Assembly (NCBI GenBank): GCA_963575745.1
Contig: CAUYUJ010000159.1
Location: 372,001 to 436,000, forward strand
DNA length: 64,000 bases
DNA from: Prorocentrum cordatum
Taxonomy: Eukaryota
Reading direction: 5' to 3'
Made by a program: the position numbers and the translations under genes. Positions 61,900-64,000 of the stretch are shown here, in pieces. Below the pieces are notes generated by a model, which saw only the letters and a program-made list of their open reading frames with translations, was not told the origin of the DNA and ran no database searches. Position 1 is the stretch's first letter; the number at the start of each line of letters is the position of its first letter.

Positions 61900-64000
61900 C
61901 ACTCGTGTTCGGGTTCAGTTACCTGAAGTTGAAGAGCGACCTGCAAGGCCTAAGGATATTCCAGTACCAAAGGCCGCTTCCCCCAAGGCTGCCCCTGCCT
62001 CGCCTACGGCGCCGCCATCGCCGCCAAGAGCAACAACAGGCCAAAAGAGATCGGAGACATCTACAATGCTTTCACCTCCAGGCGAGAAGCAACAAAGAGC
62101 ATCTTCAGCATCATCATCTCACCCGACATTGCCGATTGCAGAGCCGACGACCACTACATCAACGGCAGCGGGAACCTCTACTCCCCAGCATGTTCGAAGC
62201 ATTCCTTCTCAGCGAACCTCCCCAGAACATGACGGGGAACATTATCCCGATGCAGTGCGGCAAGCAGAACCTTCACCAGAGAAAAGAGCTGAAGATCTGG
62301 ACCAGACTATGGAGCACCCTGAAGCTGAAGGTCCATCACACCAGGCGACCGAGCACCCTGCCAATAAAGATCCTGGCAACACCATCGAGCATCCCGAAGG
62401 CACCTTGGATAAGACCCTCGACTACAAGGATCTGCAAGTTTCCAGATATGTCACACCATTTCCAATATGGTGGGCTTCTCCAGCAGAGAGTTCGCTCGAC
62501 GAAGCTCATGGCGACTATGCAGCAGATTACATGAACCACGCGTTCCACGATGCAGAGCTTCTCCTACACCAGGCCCTTACCTCGGCATGAAAAGGAGGCT
62601 CTCCTGGTAGTTCGAGGCCCCTGTCGTACCTCACGCTGTTTCTAATATGATTTCAAGGATGACGAGTGTTTGTGTATCGATCAGTGAGATTCTCACTCCA
62701 GAGGAGATCATTGCCCATTGGCCAGCAGTTGGAGCAGCAGACAGGAAGGAGGTCAACAGTTCTGTCTCATGGTATCTTCAAGCTCGCACCAGCCTCAGCT
62801 TCCAACAATACCATCGACGGTACGTGGGCTCGGAAGTGGTCAGATCGTTCAAAAGGGCTGGTGACAGATATTGTGGACGAGGCTTTCTTGACCGACAGAA
62901 GACGAGTATTGACAGACACAATTCAACAGCGTCACGACTTTCTCACCGCTTGGCAGTATCGTTGGCAGCTCAATACGACCTCGTGATCGAGAGTCTAGAC
63001 ATCCGCACGGCCTTCTTGCAGGGCCTCAAGATTTCTGGAGTTGAACGCCGGGCAGCTGAACTGGGACACGAAGTGAAGCAGCTTCGGAAGGTCTGGTTCA
63101 AGCCACCTCCAAACGTGTGGAGGCATCTTCGAGACATCGATCGCAGTGGCATCTGTGTGCAGGACCAGGACATAACCTACTTCGTGCTCGAGCTGTTGAA
63201 GGCCATATATGGACTCGTTGACGGCCCTCTCTTATGGCAGCTGGCACTGGCGAACTTCATGGTCAAAGAACTGAGTTTCATGAGCGCCTATCATGATGAT
63301 ATGGTTTTACATTACTTATGCATGGGATATCGTGGCGATTTATATCACTCATGTGGATGACATCCTGGCGATCGCTTCTCAGAGCTTCTTGGACAGGACC
63401 TACATACGATTGTCAGAACGTTTCGGCGCAGTCAAGAGATGCGTTCTTCCATTGATAGATGTTGGAATACGTCATTCTATGCCATCACCAGGACACTACT
63501 TCCTGGATCAAGAACATTGACTGATGAAGCTAACTCCAGCAGAGGCAACCGACGCTAAGCGACTCAAAACGACAGCCTGCCCTTGGACAAGACAGAACTC
63601 AAGGAACTCAGACCGTTGTTGTGTAGTCTCTTATGGGTTTGCCTGACACGTGTGGATCTATGTCGTGGAGTTGTACTTCTACAAAGCGAAAGGTCAGCCC
63701 TCTGATGACACACTTGAAGCAGCATAACGCTCTCTTGGCCCGCGCCATCAAGAGCAAGACGATGAATGGACTTCACTTTGTAAGCTACAGTGGCCCCTAC
63801 GACTGGTATCTATCACGGACGCAGGACATGCATCAAAGAGGTCAGGTTATCCCTTTGAAAGCAAAATGGTCGAGCTCATGAGCGAGCCCACTGTGCACTA
63901 TGACAGCAAAGAGTTGTGGCCTATGACAGAAGCATTGAATTTCGGATGCTATGGTCACACTCTCTATTTCACGGCAAGGAAAGCAGCACGAGTGAGTCAC
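61900..64000 (+). mobile_element. Decayed second Copia-type pol (RT into RNase H), running off the window
   Basis: AADRKE, TWARKW, RYCGRGFLD, STASRLSHRL, SLDIRTAFLQG, LLKAIYGLVDGPLLW and THVDDIL across frameshifted frames (62647-63520). Left boundary uncertain. Confidence 0.8.

Overview
This is a GC-rich, repeat-dominated eukaryotic window. Four separate near-matches to the 22-nt dinoflagellate spliced leader (DinoSL, DCCGTAGCCATTTTGGCTCAAG) point to a dinoflagellate genome (inference). Most long ORFs in the track are microsatellite or satellite artefacts. The supported content is: (1) a decayed APE-RT-RNase H LINE (1-5360); (2) a second ORF1-like remnant headed by two tandem SL relics; (3) a retroelement-type cytosine methyltransferase-like ORF ending in an RPA32-binding-like helix (18106-19428); (4) an intact, intronless MoxR/RavA-type AAA+ ATPase gene (20135-21259, minus) with all the marks of a retroposed trans-spliced mRNA: SL relic, oligo(A) remnant and 19-bp flanking direct repeats; (5) a near-complete Ty1/Copia element (36582-43913) with a PHD finger at the start of gag, whose ~610-bp terminal repeats carry three covarying hairpins, an SL-like 22-mer and a 70-aa ORF; (6) an isolated CAMK/CDPK-type kinase exon; (7) palindromic MITE-like repeats, an ~878-bp x3 tandem array, and a second decayed Copia pol at the right edge. 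All alignments and counts were made by eye, and no database searches were run.
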